Origin: Albugo candida
Taxonomy: Eukaryota
Length of the DNA stretch: 37,653 bases
Assembly: GCA_040437565.1 (NCBI GenBank)
Contig: JBDOQK010000068.1
Location: 124,001-161,653 of the forward strand
Direction: 5' to 3'
Position numbers and translations under genes: made by a program. Every line of letters starts with the position of its first letter. Position 1 is the stretch's first letter. The notes under the pieces were generated by a model, which was not told where the DNA came from, searched no databases, and saw nothing but the letters and a program-made list of their open reading frames with translations. Below are positions 21,465-34,100 of this stretch, piece after piece.

Positions 21465-21914
21465 ATGGCCGAGCAATTATCCGAAGAGCAGATTTGTGAA
21501 TTTAAGGAAGCCTTTTCATTGTTCGACAAAGACGGCGATGGAATGATCACTACGAAAGAGCTTGGTACGGTGATGCGTTCATTAGGACAAAATCCAACCG
21601 AAGCGGAGCTTCACGAGATGATCAATGAAGTAGACGCCGATGGTAACGGAACGATTGATTTCCCGGAATTTTTGACTATGATGTCGCGTAAAATGAAGGA
21701 CACTGATTCGGAAGAAGAGATCATAGAAGCATTTAGAGTATTTGACAATGACCAGAACGGATTTATATCTGCAGCAGAATTGCGTCATATTATGACGAAT
21801 TTGGGAGAAAAATTAACGGATGAAGAGGTGGATGAGATGATTCGAGAAGCTGATCTCGATAATGATGGACAAATCAACTATCAAGAATTCATCAAGAAAA
21901 TGATGGCTAATTAA
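21465..21914 (+). CDS. CaM: Calmodulin paralogue 4 (divergent)
   Basis: 149 aa. [15 protein letters not shown]3 [14 protein letters not shown]4 [13 protein letters not shown]-terminus FIKKMMAN. Confidence 0.97.
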   Translation: MAEQLSEEQICEFKEAFSLFDKDGDGMITTKELGTVMRSLGQNPTEAELHEMINEVDADGNGTIDFPEFLTMMSRKMKDTDSEEEIIEAFRVFDNDQNGFISAAELRHIMTNLGEKLTDEEVDEMIREADLDNDGQINYQEFIKKMMAN

Positions 21915-22926
21915 GCTGTAGGTTCAGTCTAGTATAAATGATACGTGAATACAGCGAGGTTATCCAAGTTTTTTCCTACATTCATCCCGCTTGAGCTGAC
22001 GCTCTTTATTGCTGCGTATAGTTGACCATTTTCAATTTCAAAAGAGTGCGGCTAATCCGCGAAAAGCTTGTACAATGTCTGCAACTGAGAAGCAAACCTA
22101 AATATACAGCCTATCGTAGAGATCGCTTGCCAGAATCTGCAATACAGCGAGCTTTTCATCGCGAATACAATGCCGTAGCTGTCAACTTGACGCGTAGTAG
22201 CTCCGTTCAACTCGGGCTGCAATGCAGATGTATGTAAATATCGGCTTATTTCCAAATATACTTTGAACTTGTAGGATGAGTCAATTCATTTGTTCACAGA
22301 AAAGTCCAAGCTTTCAAAAATGGTGTTGAGACCTCGCAATCAGATTCCCCAAATATTATCAATATGTTTCCAGGATGCTAAAAGGAGCCTCGTGGACACC
22401 ACATTACGCAAATAAGTGACAGTTTGAATCAAAGTGAATGCCAGCCTGAGAGATTATGTCACAAGCTTAGCCCCCTATCTACTTTGAATGGATGGAAAAG
22501 ATTTATCAAGTGAGACATGTGTATAGCACTACCAAATTGGCGGCTGCATCGCATCGAGGATGATGATCTGGTCATAAATGGGAGATTGTTCTCCTCAGTT
22601 GCGAATAACCTGAAAAGTTCGAGCACATAGGTATTCCGTATGAGAAACAAGACGCAGGGCGACAAATGAGTTACACTGGCAAGCTATCCTTTAGCAATGG
22701 ACTGCAGATCGCTAAGTTTGGCCTCCTACTACTATGATTTAGTAGAATGCAAATCGGCACGAGACCTCTCGCTTCGTCACCCATAAGTTCATGGAGAAGA
22801 GTAGTACGACAAAGCCTATGCACTCACCACCCTCAACAATCAATTGTTATTACATTATATCTTATTGTTGTGAATCGAAAACGTCTCAAACCATTTTATT
22901 GCAAGCCAACGACTGAGAGTGTCGAG

Positions 22927-23345
22927 ATGCACGCTATGGAAAATCAAACCTTTCAGCCATTACCGCACCAATTTACGCTTGGAATTAGATTATAGTCGCG
23001 ATGCTCTACTTGACACACAAGAGGTTGTACTCACCAAAGTATCGGAGATAGAAACTGAAACTGGACGTTTGCAAGACAAAGTTTGCTGTTGTCCAGTGAC
23101 GCGAACCACCCTCGACACGCTTAGCTTATCCTAGCACCGATAATGCAAAATCACATCCTCGACGCGAGGAAAAGAAATACTTATACTCTGGTATCTCTTC
23201 TTTGACTTTTTGAATATGAACGATTAGATCGTCGCCTCATATCAAATACCGTTACGATACCGTTCGGTAATTCGCGCTGTCAAGCGCATCAGAAAACTCG
23301 TTACAATCAACGCATACGATTCAGGACGACTATCTCATAGAATCA
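22927..23345 (+). pseudogene. Snapin/BLOC-1 subunit-like coiled-coil sequence, spliced or degenerate
   Basis: LDYSRDALLDTQEVVLTKVSEIETETGRLQD resembles the Snapin core LDSHVHAVRESQVELREQIDNLATELCRINE as I recall it. Downstream AVKRIRKLVTINA lies after AG-ending intron-like segments. I could not build a clean model. Confidence 0.3.
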
Positions 23346-23644
23346 CGGCCTACGAAATAAAGTATCGCTTCAACAGATTCGACTCACTCTATCACCTTCA
23401 ACTCTCCGGACTCATATGGTGCGATTATCCCCGTTCGTATCAAGGAATATCACGATGTTCTTGTACATCTACACTACAAGAAGAGAATGGTAAGATACTG
23501 ACCAGCGCTGTAATGATCACATACGAGTTACTTAGTTGGGAACAAATGTCGGGGACCGATATGAATCGCAACTTTAGCAAGATAACATTACACAAATGAT
23601 ATGAAAATCCTCGCTGTATTTTACGCAATCTTTTCTACTATAGC

Positions 23645-24094
23645 TTAATTTGACATCATCATCTTTACAAATTCTTCATAATTGATTTTTCCATCACCAT
23701 CAAGATCAGCTTCACGAATCATCTCATCCACCTCCTCATCCGTCAATTTCTCTCCCAAATTTGTCATAATGTGACGTAGTTCTGCAGGAGTTATAAAGCC
23801 GTCAAGATTTTTGTCAAAAACTTGAAATGCATTCCGGATCTCTTCTTCCGCATCGGTGTCCTTCATTTTGCGCGACATCATCGTCAAGAATTCCGGAAAA
23901 TCAATGGTTCCATTTCCATCGGCGTCTACTTCGTTGATCATGTCCTGTAGTTCCGCTTCCGTAGGATTTTGTCCTAACGAACGCATCACCGTTCCAAGCT
24001 CTTTCGTAGTAATCGTTCCATCGCCATCTTTGTCAAATAATGAAAAGGCTTCCTTAAATTCACAAATCTGCTCTTCGGATAATTGCTCGGCCAT
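23645..24094 (-). CDS. CaM: Calmodulin paralogue 5 (divergent, inverted)
   Basis: 149 aa from ATG 24094. [22 protein letters not shown]3 [14 protein letters not shown]4 [12 protein letters not shown]. Confidence 0.97.
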   Translation of the reverse strand: MAEQLSEEQICEFKEAFSLFDKDGDGTITTKELGTVMRSLGQNPTEAELQDMINEVDADGNGTIDFPEFLTMMSRKMKDTDAEEEIRNAFQVFDKNLDGFITPAELRHIMTNLGEKLTDEEVDEMIREADLDGDGKINYEEFVKMMMSN

Positions 24095-24188
24095 CACTGA
24101 TTGAGATTTAAATGAATTGCACGACGCAAATTTAGGAATTACCGTCAATTAAATTTTAAAAGAATTAAGTAAAGTAGCAGGTTGCTAC

Positions 24189-24260
24189 CATACAAATGGT
24201 AAGTTCTTTTGTGTCCCTGGATAAAACCAAAAACACCTTTACATTATTGCATATGTAGCC
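24189..24260 (-). promoter_or_regulatory. Conserved calmodulin upstream module, copy 5
   Basis: Minus strand GGCTACATATGCAATAATG...TTTTGGTTTTATC (24232-24220)...GACAC...TTTGTATG. Confidence 0.65.
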
Positions 24261-24685
24261 TGCATAATATGGAGCATTTACTTGGCAGGGTAGTGCATGA
24301 GTCATTCGGATCGGGGTGTTTATAACTCTATAACCTATGCTTCTTACACTAATCTCCGAGTCACACATGCAACTGATTCAGGCACGAGAATACTCTCCAA
24401 GATTCAGACGAAGAACAGCGCTTCAAGCTGCCGCAAAAAAGATGCTATGACTAAAGAATGTAGTACCTCTACGCACGATCTTCTTTACCTTTGAGTGCGA
24501 ATTCATCGACATGAAGCATACGAGTTTCAGGCTTTTGTGACCGTACGCGAGTCTGTGAGCTGCAGTGACTGTTTCATTTCACAAGTTGCATTCCAATGTC
24601 CTATTTTCTTGCAGTATTTGCATGGGTGCGGGCAGGTTTTTGCTCCATGTGTCGCTTCCTTGCAATTGAAACATGTACGCATCTT

Positions 24686-25651
24686 CTACACAGCGATAAA
24701 GTCAGCACGGAAACCTTTGTGAGGAGCATCTTTCCATACACTTTTAGCGGCTGCCATATCATTCCGCTCTATCTTTCTAGCCTTGAACTCTGCCTTCCGC
24801 ATCTTGCCAATGTCTTTTTGGTTTCGATGGCGCCGCCGTTTTTCCTTCGATTGCTCATGCATGGGTAGGATATCATGCTCATGTTTCGAAGCGATGGTGA
24901 CATAAATTCGCTCGAAGAAAAACAAAAGCTTCGATATCTCTGAAGAACTGATGGAAGTGTCTATTTTGATATTTGCCGCATTGGTTGCAAGCAGGTACTC
25001 TTGAAGCATCAGCTCAATGGCTATGCACGTTCAACAGTCGATATGTCAGCAAGGCACTAGATAGTTGAGTGCATATGTGGTATCACCTTCAATTGTCGAA
25101 ATGCATCCTTCGCCCGCTTCATGATATCTGATTTAGTACGAAACAAAAGGATTAGAATCTATGCTGTAGTGGTGCAGTGGGTACTTATCGTACCTCCAGA
25201 ATTTGCTCTGTGCGGGTGGATGGGCTAGTTTGATACAGCGTAGTTCGGATAAAGAACAATGTTGCAGCACTGACGGAGCTTTCTTCCACGAAGAATCGAT
25301 AAATACTAGATTTTCAATTTTGCTCAAGCTTATAGCGTCCAGCTCGAACAACGTTGCTGCCGTGTTTGTCGGGTAAACCACAAGAGTTTTCTCAGCGTCA
25401 AAATTGGGAAATTCTGATTCAGACGTCGTCATTGGGATGATGCGCGCATGTCGAGGGGCTATAACTCTCGCATGCGGTGCAGTGCTCTTTTTAACTTTGT
25501 CACGAAAGTAGATGAATAGTTGTAAAGGAAGATCGATTTGGGGCACCGTCACTTGTGTAGGAGCTGTCATTGGAATACAGCATGTTGGACAATAAAACTT
25601 GCAGCTTGTATTACAGCCGGCGCAGGTTTCACGTTGCCACTCTTCCTCCAT
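24686..25651 (-). CDS. DTW-domain protein (tRNA-uridine aminocarboxypropyltransferase, DTWD1-like); exons 25651-25194, 25127-25087, 25020-24686
   Basis: RxxCxxC...KFYCPTC, KSTA, VVYP and FIDSSW (DTW variant). Two GT-AG introns reconstitute FWRYHEAGEGCISTIEAI and LLFFF. Confidence 0.9.
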
Positions 25652-27061
25652 CTTTAAGACCGGTGATTGGCTGTGATACCTTTGTTCCCGATAGATTGTA
25701 TTGCTCGATCTCTCACAGTAATCACTTTATCGTATGAATTAAAACTTTCTGAAAGACAATTCACATCAGAGCTTGTGCCAAACGAGTTGTCGTGTATTCG
25801 TACGACAAGGAACCAGTGGGAGCATCTACCGTCTCGTTGTTCTTACTATGTGTGCGTTACCAGAACAAAGATACTGCACTGTGAATCTGGCGATGGTCAC
25901 GAGCAAATTATCTCTTGCGATTACGCGTGAATGATGCTTGACAGCGTTTCATCGTATATGAAGTCATCCATACCGCCTACGCTATCTTGTACATCGAGGC
26001 TATCCATTTGAAACTGGGTAGAGATGTTGCCAAGTGATACAGACAATGGTTTACAGGCGGTAAAGTATATCTGGAATCAGTAGTACGGTTACAGACACGA
26101 CATTGACACGGATAACTTCTCGACCCCGGATTCTACGAGTTTCCAGCTGGGTCCGGAGCTCAAGACGCAGATACGATTGCTTCGCGTAACACCTCACAGA
26201 CACAAAGCCAGTCTCCGAGATTGACTTTCAATCCTCTAGGCGATTCATGTCGTCTTGAAAGTACAGCAGTTCCCCAAANNNNNNNNNNNNNNNNNNNNNN
26301 NNNNNNNNNNNNNNNNNNNNNNNNNNNNNNNNNNNNNNNNNNNNNNNNNNNNNNNNNNNNNNNNNNNNNNNNNNNNNNAACTTGCAGCTTGTATTACAGC
26401 CGGCGCAGGTTTCACGTTGCCACTCTTCCTCCATCTTTAAGACCGGTGATTGGCTGTGATACCTTTGTTCCCGATAGATTGTATTGCTCGATCTCTCACA
26501 GTAATCACTTTATCGTATGAATTAAAACTTTCTGAAAGACAATTCACATCAGAGCTTGTGCCAAACGAGTTGTCGTGTATTCGTACGACAAGGAACCAGT
26601 GGGAGCATCTACCGTCTCGTTGTTCTTACTATGTGTGCGTTACCAGAACAAAGATACTGCACTGTGAATCTGGCGATGGTCACGAGCAAATTATCTCTTG
26701 CGATTACGCGTGAATGATGCTTGACAGCGTTTCATCGTATATGAAGTCATCCATACCGCCTACGCTATCTTGTACATCGAGGCTATCCATTTGAAACTGG
26801 GTAGAGATGTTGCCAAGTGATACAGACAATGGTTTACAGGCGGTAAAGTATATCTGGAATCAGTAGTACGGTTACAGACACGACATTGACACGGATAACT
26901 TCTCGACCCCGGATTCTACGAGTTTCCAGCTGGGTCCGGAGCTCAAGACGCAGATACGATTGCTTCGCGTAACACCTCACAGACACAAAGCCAGTCTCCG
27001 AGATTGACTTTCAATCCTCTAGGCGATTCATGTCGTCTTGAAAGTACAGCAGTTCCCCAAA
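25596..27061. repeat. Gap-flanking duplication (25596-26278 = 26379-27061), probable assembly artefact
   Basis: Apparently identical 683 bp on both sides of the gap at 26279-26378. Confidence 0.9.
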
Positions 27062-27219
27062 GATTTCATAAAGATGTCATATGTACGCTAATCGATGCAC
27101 ATACGCATGCTGCTAGGTACCCAATATCAACGCCATCATTGCTTCAGTCTGTGTTATCAATGAGGCAATGAGAAAATGACCGATTTACCAGATTTTTGTG
27201 CTTGTTCGAGTTCTCGCGT

Positions 27220-27278
27220 TTGTGTCGAGTTTATATATAAAAGCACATTGTGTCGAGTTTATATATAAAAGCACATTG
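27220..27278 (+). repeat. Perfect 28-bp tandem duplication
   Basis: TTGTGTCGAGTTTATATATAAAAGCACA x2 (27220-27247, 27248-27275) followed by TTG. Confidence 0.9.
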
Positions 27279-27303
27279 CGTCAAGCTCCAGTAACATCGC
27301 TCC

Positions 27304-27737
27304 AAATGCAGCACATCATAAGATCTCCGTGAAAGTCAGTCTTATTGCATGTGCTAACGTTCACAACAGATGATAATAAAATGGCGTGCACTCCTACCTC
27401 ACTCGCGGTAGAGAGTACGATTATAGAATTGGATTAACGTGTCTGCTCTCTACCTAGCCACTTCTCGTAGNNNNNNNNNNNNNNNNNNNNNNNNNNNNNN
27501 NNNNNNNNNNNNNNNNNNNNNNNNNNNNNNNNNNNNNNNNNNNNNNNNNNNNNNNNNNNNNNNNNNNNNNAAATGCAGCACATCATAAGATCTCCGTGAA
27601 AGTCAGTCTTATTGCATGTGCTAACGTTCACAACAGATGATAATAAAATGGCGTGCACTCCTACCTCACTCGCGGTAGAGAGTACGATTATAGAATTGGA
27701 TTAACGTGTCTGCTCTCTACCTAGCCACTTCTCGTAG
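27304..27737. repeat. Gap-flanking duplication (27304-27470 = 27571-27737), probable assembly artefact
   Basis: Same 167 bp either side of the gap at 27471-27570. Confidence 0.9.
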
Positions 27738-27763
27738 AACCGGAACAATCACAGTAACACGAG

Positions 27764-30700
27764 ATGACCATGCGAGACTTGATGCTTTTAGAAACAATCG
27801 ATGAACACGCCATTATAGAAGCGCTACTAAAACGATATCAGAAATCCAACATTTACACCTTTCTAGGACCAGTCTTAATTGCGATCAATCCGTACACAAA
27901 ACTCTGCATAAATGCTACAGAATACCCCGACTTATCTCCAAAGCTGTCACTATACGATCCTGGACTCATCGATCGATTTCGCAATAAGGAACTCCATCTG
28001 TCTCCTCCCCATCCATTCGCGATAGCTGAGGCTGCCTACTCGGATCTCATGCGCTTTCGACGCGACCAATCTCTCATAATCACTGGCGAGAGCGGAAGTG
28101 GGAAGACGGAAACGTCCAAACACGTGCTACAATACATAACTCATGCGAGCGAGCGCTCACATACACAGCCAAGTGCACATACCTCTGCAACACGAAACAA
28201 TCAAAGTCTACAGCTAAGGTCTAATGTAGGCGATAAAATTTGGAAATGTAATCAGATTTTCGAAGCTTTCGGGAACGCTCAAACAATCAGGAACCAGAAT
28301 AGTTCTCGATTCGGCAAGCACTCTGTCCTTCAATTCGATCCTCGAGGTCGTATCACGGGCGCCTACATAGAAAATTACTTGCTAGAAAAATGTCGGGTAT
28401 TCCAACAAGCGTATGGAGAGCGTAATTTTCACATTTTTTATCACTTGTTAGACGGTGTAACCCCAGAAGAAAGAAATCTATGGCGGATTTCGTCTTCGAC
28501 GTCATTTCGCTGTCTTTCACACGATCAGAATTATTGTCATAACACCAGCAGCAAGGACGATAAGGCTGCCTTGCAGCAGGTACGACAGGCAATGACGGAG
28601 CTACAAATCACTTTGGAAGAGCAGCAAACGATCTTTCAATTATTAGCTGCTATTCTATGGATTGGAAATATCTGTTTCGAAGACATCATCGACACTTGTC
28701 AAAATAGTTGTGCTGTCTTATCATCCGACATCTCTCGAGAAGCTCTCGAAAATGCTGCCTACTTGTTGGGACTTGCACCTCATAGTTTAGAGAAAATGCT
28801 TACGTATCGGCTATTGACAATTCAATCAGAAGAACAAGAATGGAAGCTGAGTGCAAGCAAAGCTACCAAAGTATGTCACTCACTCGCGCGATCGCTATAC
28901 GAGAAGATCTTCCACTGGATTGTGGGACGAGTAAACCAGACTTTAGGTCGTCAGACCTCTGCTTCAGCCTGTATCGGTATCCTCGACATTTACGGCTTTG
29001 AAATTTTTCAAGTCAATGGATTCGAGCAGCTTTGTATCAACTACGTCAACGAAAAGCTTCAACAGCTCTTCATAGTGCAGACATTGCGGGCCGAGCAAGC
29101 CGAGTATGTATCGGAAGGCCTTTCGTGGGATCTCATCGCATTCACCGATAATAAGGGCGTGTGTGAGCTACTAGAAGACCAAAGCAAACATGGGATTTTC
29201 TCAGTACTAGATGAGCAATGCGCAGTCACACAGTACTCCGAAAAGGAATTCATCCACCGTCTCAACACATTTCATGCCGAAAATCCGCATTATATCAAAG
29301 CTCGGGTTCGAAATCTGTCGTTCGGGATTCAGCACTACGCTGGCGATGTTGAATACGACGTATCACTATTTGCCGAATCCAACACCGATACATTCTACTC
29401 GCATTTGCTGTCCTGCATGCACGAGTGCACTGTTCCTTTGGTGAAAACCCTGTTTCAGGTCTCCGAAGTACACGATTTCAAGCGGCCTCCAACCACATCA
29501 CAACAATTCCGGTCGCAAGTAACGATGCTTCTGTCCAATTTACGCGATTGCCATCCAAATTATATTCGCTGTATCAAACCAAATGACGCAAAAATGACAT
29601 TGATAAAGAAAAATCGATTGAAAGAGCAGATACGATACTTGGGGCTGGTTGAGAATCTTCGACTTGGACGGAAAGGATACTGCTACCGGGAAACTTACAC
29701 GTTATTTTTCCAGCGGTACAGGATTCTTTCGAACGTCACATGGCCATCTTTCAATTTCCACTCTGCGGTACGAAACTCGCGTGATGCCCGGGATCTGGGC
29801 CAGACTTCCACCTTACTCTAACACTATGCTTCTCTGTAGAGGCAAGCTACCGTTGCGCTTTTATCGAGCCAAGAAGTGGTCTGGAAGAAGGGAACTACCA
29901 GTGTCAAGTTTGAAGAAGATACTCCCACACTTGGAAGCTACTCTTTGGGTCGAAATAAAATCTTCATTCGTACTCCGGAAGCTTTAGGTGCATTGGAGCA
30001 ACTTCGAGAGGCCAAACTACACGATATAGCTGCTATTTTACAGCAAAGCTGGCGGAGATATAAGGTATGCATACCCATAAACGTTTCTATCGACGTGGGT
30101 ACAAACTTTTCCATGGTAGAAACGAATTTTATTGGGACACTTTTTGGACGCGTATGAGGAGCTGAAGGTGGCGTATCGAGCTGTGCTCACCAATTGTATG
30201 CATCGCAGAATGCGACGTATGGATGCGAATGATCGATGCGAGGTAGAGCGCGTGTATACTGCGTGGAAACTGGTCAGTCAAAAGCTTCTCGGGCCTTTCA
30301 ACGGACACAATTCGCGACTGGCGAAAGAAGAGATGGAAAATGGCGTTGTGTACGCACAGAGCCATGTCCGTGCAAAACAAGGCCGGAAGAGGTTTTTGAG
30401 GCTTCGACAAGCTCAGATCACACTGAGCAAGCACGTACGAGGCCGACAAGTACGTCATAACTTGCCGCCGGATCTAAGGCAAGCTTGTGTCGCTATACGA
30501 CTTGGTATCCGTACGGAAATGGAACGATTTCTCGGGCAAAAAAAACGGCGACGGGATAGCTTGGATCGTGAATATGAAGGCGATTATCTGGGTCTCACCC
30601 AAATGCCCGCCTATCAGACATTGTTGCGTAAAAGGAGCGGGCTGTCACATGTCGTTATCTTTGCATCTGATGTTGTCAAAGTCAATTATCGCTTCCAACT

Positions 30701-31106
30701 CCAAGACCGCGTTCTTGTCCTCACAAACACGCACATGCTCAACATCCGCGCTGATCATCCGACCAAGCCTAAAGCGCGTCGGGTGATTGATCTCAAACTC
30801 GTGGTATCAATGGAATTAAGTACACTTTCCGACAATTGCCTTCTCTTCCATATTGAAGGCCAGGCTGATGTGCTACTCATTGTGGAGCAAAAGACCGAGG
30901 TGGTGACGTACGTTCGCCGTCTTATACAAGAAAAGTACCACCGAAAATGCGATGTCACATTCACAGACTGCATGAAAGTGGCTCTCAAGCGAAGAAAAAA
31001 ACTTTCCATTGTTCGATTTCAACGCAGCCCAAATCTAACAACTGTCAGGTATGAGAAAAAGGATCGAGCGTTATGGATCGTTCACGTTGGTCAACAAGCC
31101 CTCTAG
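27764..31106 (+). CDS. Class I myosin (motor, IQ motifs, TH1 tail); exons 27764-29767, 29840-30064, 30120-31106 (1071 aa)
   Basis: GESGSGKTE, NSSRFGK, ERNFHIFY, LDIYGFE, NYIRCIKPN, GRNKIFIR. IQ-like LQQSWRRY, AQSHVRAKQGR, LSKHVRGRQVR. TH1 KKRRRDSLDREYEGDYL...VVKVNYRFQLQDRVLVLT. Both introns are GT-AG and restore the frame. Confidence 0.93.
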
Positions 31107-34100
31107 TCTTCGTCTCCGGTAGGATCAATCTCTACGAGCAAATCTCCAGCAAGCATATTGTCTCCGACACCAGCAGATATCATGTTGATTCGCCCCGACA
31201 CCGGTGCTGTGACCACCGTCTCCATTTTCATCGCACTACGACAAGAAATGTGAGATTTTTTTTATATAATAGTCGAATTACGTACCTGAGCACCAGCAAC
31301 GGTGTGCCTTCTTTGACCACTTGACCGATTTTGACCTTGACTTCGAGCACTACACCAGGCATCGGTGCGCCCACAGAGCCTTGGAGACCGTGGATAGCCC
31401 GAGGCTTGACGACGACACCAACACCAGCTTGCTCATCCTTGACACGAACCACACGCTGACGCCCATTAAGCTCGAAAATCACATCTCGCATTCCATCTCG
31501 TTTGCTGACTGCACCCACTGCGATGAGTTTGATAAAAACTGTTTTTCCATGCTCCATTTCTAATTCGATTTCCTCGTCGATATTCAATCCCTGGAGAAAT
31601 GTCTTTGTGTCCATGAAATGCATCGAGCCATATTGCTGTTTGAACTGCACAAATTCGTCAAATACATTGGGATACAACGCATACGATAGCACATCAACGT
31701 CACGAATATTCTCACTGCCGTATTTCTCCTTCAGGTCGCGCTGTGCTTTAGCGAAATCGTAAGGTGTGAGCTCGGCTCCAGGTCGACCACGAAATCCTTC
31801 AAAACCTTTCCCTTTGATGACGCGAGAGCGTAATGGCTCGGGAAAACCGTGGTGAGGAATGCCGATATGGCCTTGAAAGTATTCCACTACAGAAGATGGA
31901 AATGATAGAGTCTCCGCTTGCTCCAAGACCTGCTCTTCAGTGAGCTGGTTTTGGACCAGAAATTGTGCCAAATCGCCAACAACTTTTGACGATGGCGTCA
32001 CCTTGATGATATCGCCAAGTAGTCGATTCGCAGCCGCATAAGCTTTCTTGATTGCTGGCCATTGACCGGTGAGACCCAATTGAGTCGACTGGTACAAAAG
32101 ATTGGTATATTGTCCCCCCGGCATTTCATGGAGGTACACATCGGCCGAGCCCGACTTCTGACCCGATTCAAATGGCGCATAGGCACCACGCATTGCTTCC
32201 CAGTACTCATTGACTGCATTGATCTGGTTGAAATCAATCTGAGTATCGTGCTTGGACCCTTGAAGAGCAGCGACCACAGCGCCCATCGACGGCTGAGATG
32301 TCGTTCCTGACATGGCATCTGTTGCAACATCTACGGCATCCGCTCCGGCATACGCGCATTCCAGCATAGAGCTCACGCCCGTACCAGCTGTGTCGTGTGT
32401 ATGAACGTGAATGGGAAGATCGGGGAATTCTTTACGAATACTCGATACAAGTAGACGCGCAGCATGAGGCTTGAGCAGTCCTGCCATATCTTTGATCGCC
32501 AATACGTGAATGCCAAGGTCCACAAGCTGACGGGTGAACTCCATGTAGTATTCCAGATTGTATGGACCACGCGCTGGATCCGAGACATCGCCAGTGTAAC
32601 ACACAGCAGCTTCGATAATTCCACCAGCAGCACCTACAGCATCGACACCCAGCCGCATATTTTCAAGGTAGTTGAGTGAGTCAAAAACGCGGAAGACATC
32701 CATTCCATTTTGTTGAGCTTCTTCACAGAATTTGAATACGACGTTGTCAGGGTAACTCGTATAGCCGACCGCATTTGCTCCTCGTAGTAACATTTGGAAA
32801 GGCACATCCGGCACTAATTCCCTCAGTCGTGTCAGTCGATCCCACGGATCCTCGCGAAGGAAGCGCATGGACACGTCAAAAGTAGCACCGCCCCACATTT
32901 CGATCGAGTAAGCATTCTTCAGCGCGATCGCTGTGGCTGGTGCTATGGTTTCCATGTCTTTGCTGCGCAGCCGAGTCGCTAAAAGAGATTGATGAGCATC
33001 ACGCCACGTCGTATCAGTGAGCAGGAGGCCTTTATGCTGTCGAACAGCTTTCGCGAAAGCTTGTGGTCCCTTTTCTTTGTATATTTGTCGCAGCGATGTT
33101 GTTTTTCTACCNNNNNNNNNNNNNNNNNNNNNNNNNNNNNNNNNNNNNNNNNNNNNNNNNNNNNNNNNNNNNNNNNNNNNNNNNNNNNNNNNNNNNNNNN
33201 NNNNNNNNNNNCGAGTCGCTAAAAGAGATTGATGAGCATCACGCCACGTCGTATCAGTGAGCAGGAGGCCTTTATGCTGTCGAACAGCTTTCGCGAAAGC
33301 TTGTGGTCCCTTTTCTTTGTATATTTGTCGCAGCGATGTTGTTTTTCTACCGGAAGACTGAAAACTCGGTACAATCGGTTGCTGATCTAGCGCCTTGGGT
33401 CCAGCGGCGCCAAGTGCTTTATCAGGACCGTTCACGATAGTATTTCCGATATATTTGAGCAGTTTTTGCGCACGATTCGTCGAGGCTGACGGGCGTAGTA
33501 ATTCCGGATTCTCACCGATGAAACCTGTGTGGATAATGCCATTGATAAAATCTGGATGCTTAAGAACGTTCAACACAAAGTTTTTGTTTGTTGTTACGCC
33601 GCGCACACGAAATTCCTGTAGCGCTCGTCGTAATTTGTGAGCACAATCGGAGCGATCGAGCGCTCGTGCGGTGACTTTGACAAGCAGTGAGTCATAATGG
33701 GGTGTTATATTGGCACCGACAAAGCCAGGTCCATCATCCAAACGTATACCCATACCACCAGGACTTCGAAATACTTCAATGACGCCAGAGTCTGGTCTGA
33801 AATTCTGAGAGGGATCTTCTGTGGTGACACGACATTGCATAGCGTGACCACGAGGTTGAATACTTGATTGACAGAGACCCAGCTCACTGAAAGACTCGCC
33901 TCCAGCAATTCGTATCTGACTTTGGACAAGATCGACGCCTGTAATTTCTTCCGTGATGGTATGTTCCACTTGGATCCGAGGATTGACTTCTATGAAATAA
34001 TGCTTCCCATTTTGATCAACCAGGAATTCGACTGTACCAGCGTTCAAGTAATTGGAAGCTTTTGTGAGTCGAACTGCGTCTTCCATGAGCGCTTTCTCTG

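Noticed and set aside
21465-21914. Host mimicry or horizontal transfer of plant CaM (plant-like Gln96 in CaM4)
   Set aside because: Single-residue similarity; the copies share flanks and oomycete-type features (RHIMTN) with each other, lack plant Cys26 and have no secretion signal
26379-26434. Second DTW gene start (MEEEWQRETC...)
   Set aside because: Part of the gap-flanking duplicate of 25596-26278
29822-30131. Myosin as a frameshifted pseudogene
   Set aside because: Two canonical introns restore a continuous frame
32972-33351. Apparent internal repeat in pyruvate carboxylase
   Set aside because: Same 140 bp either side of a 100-N gap; unmerged contig overlap
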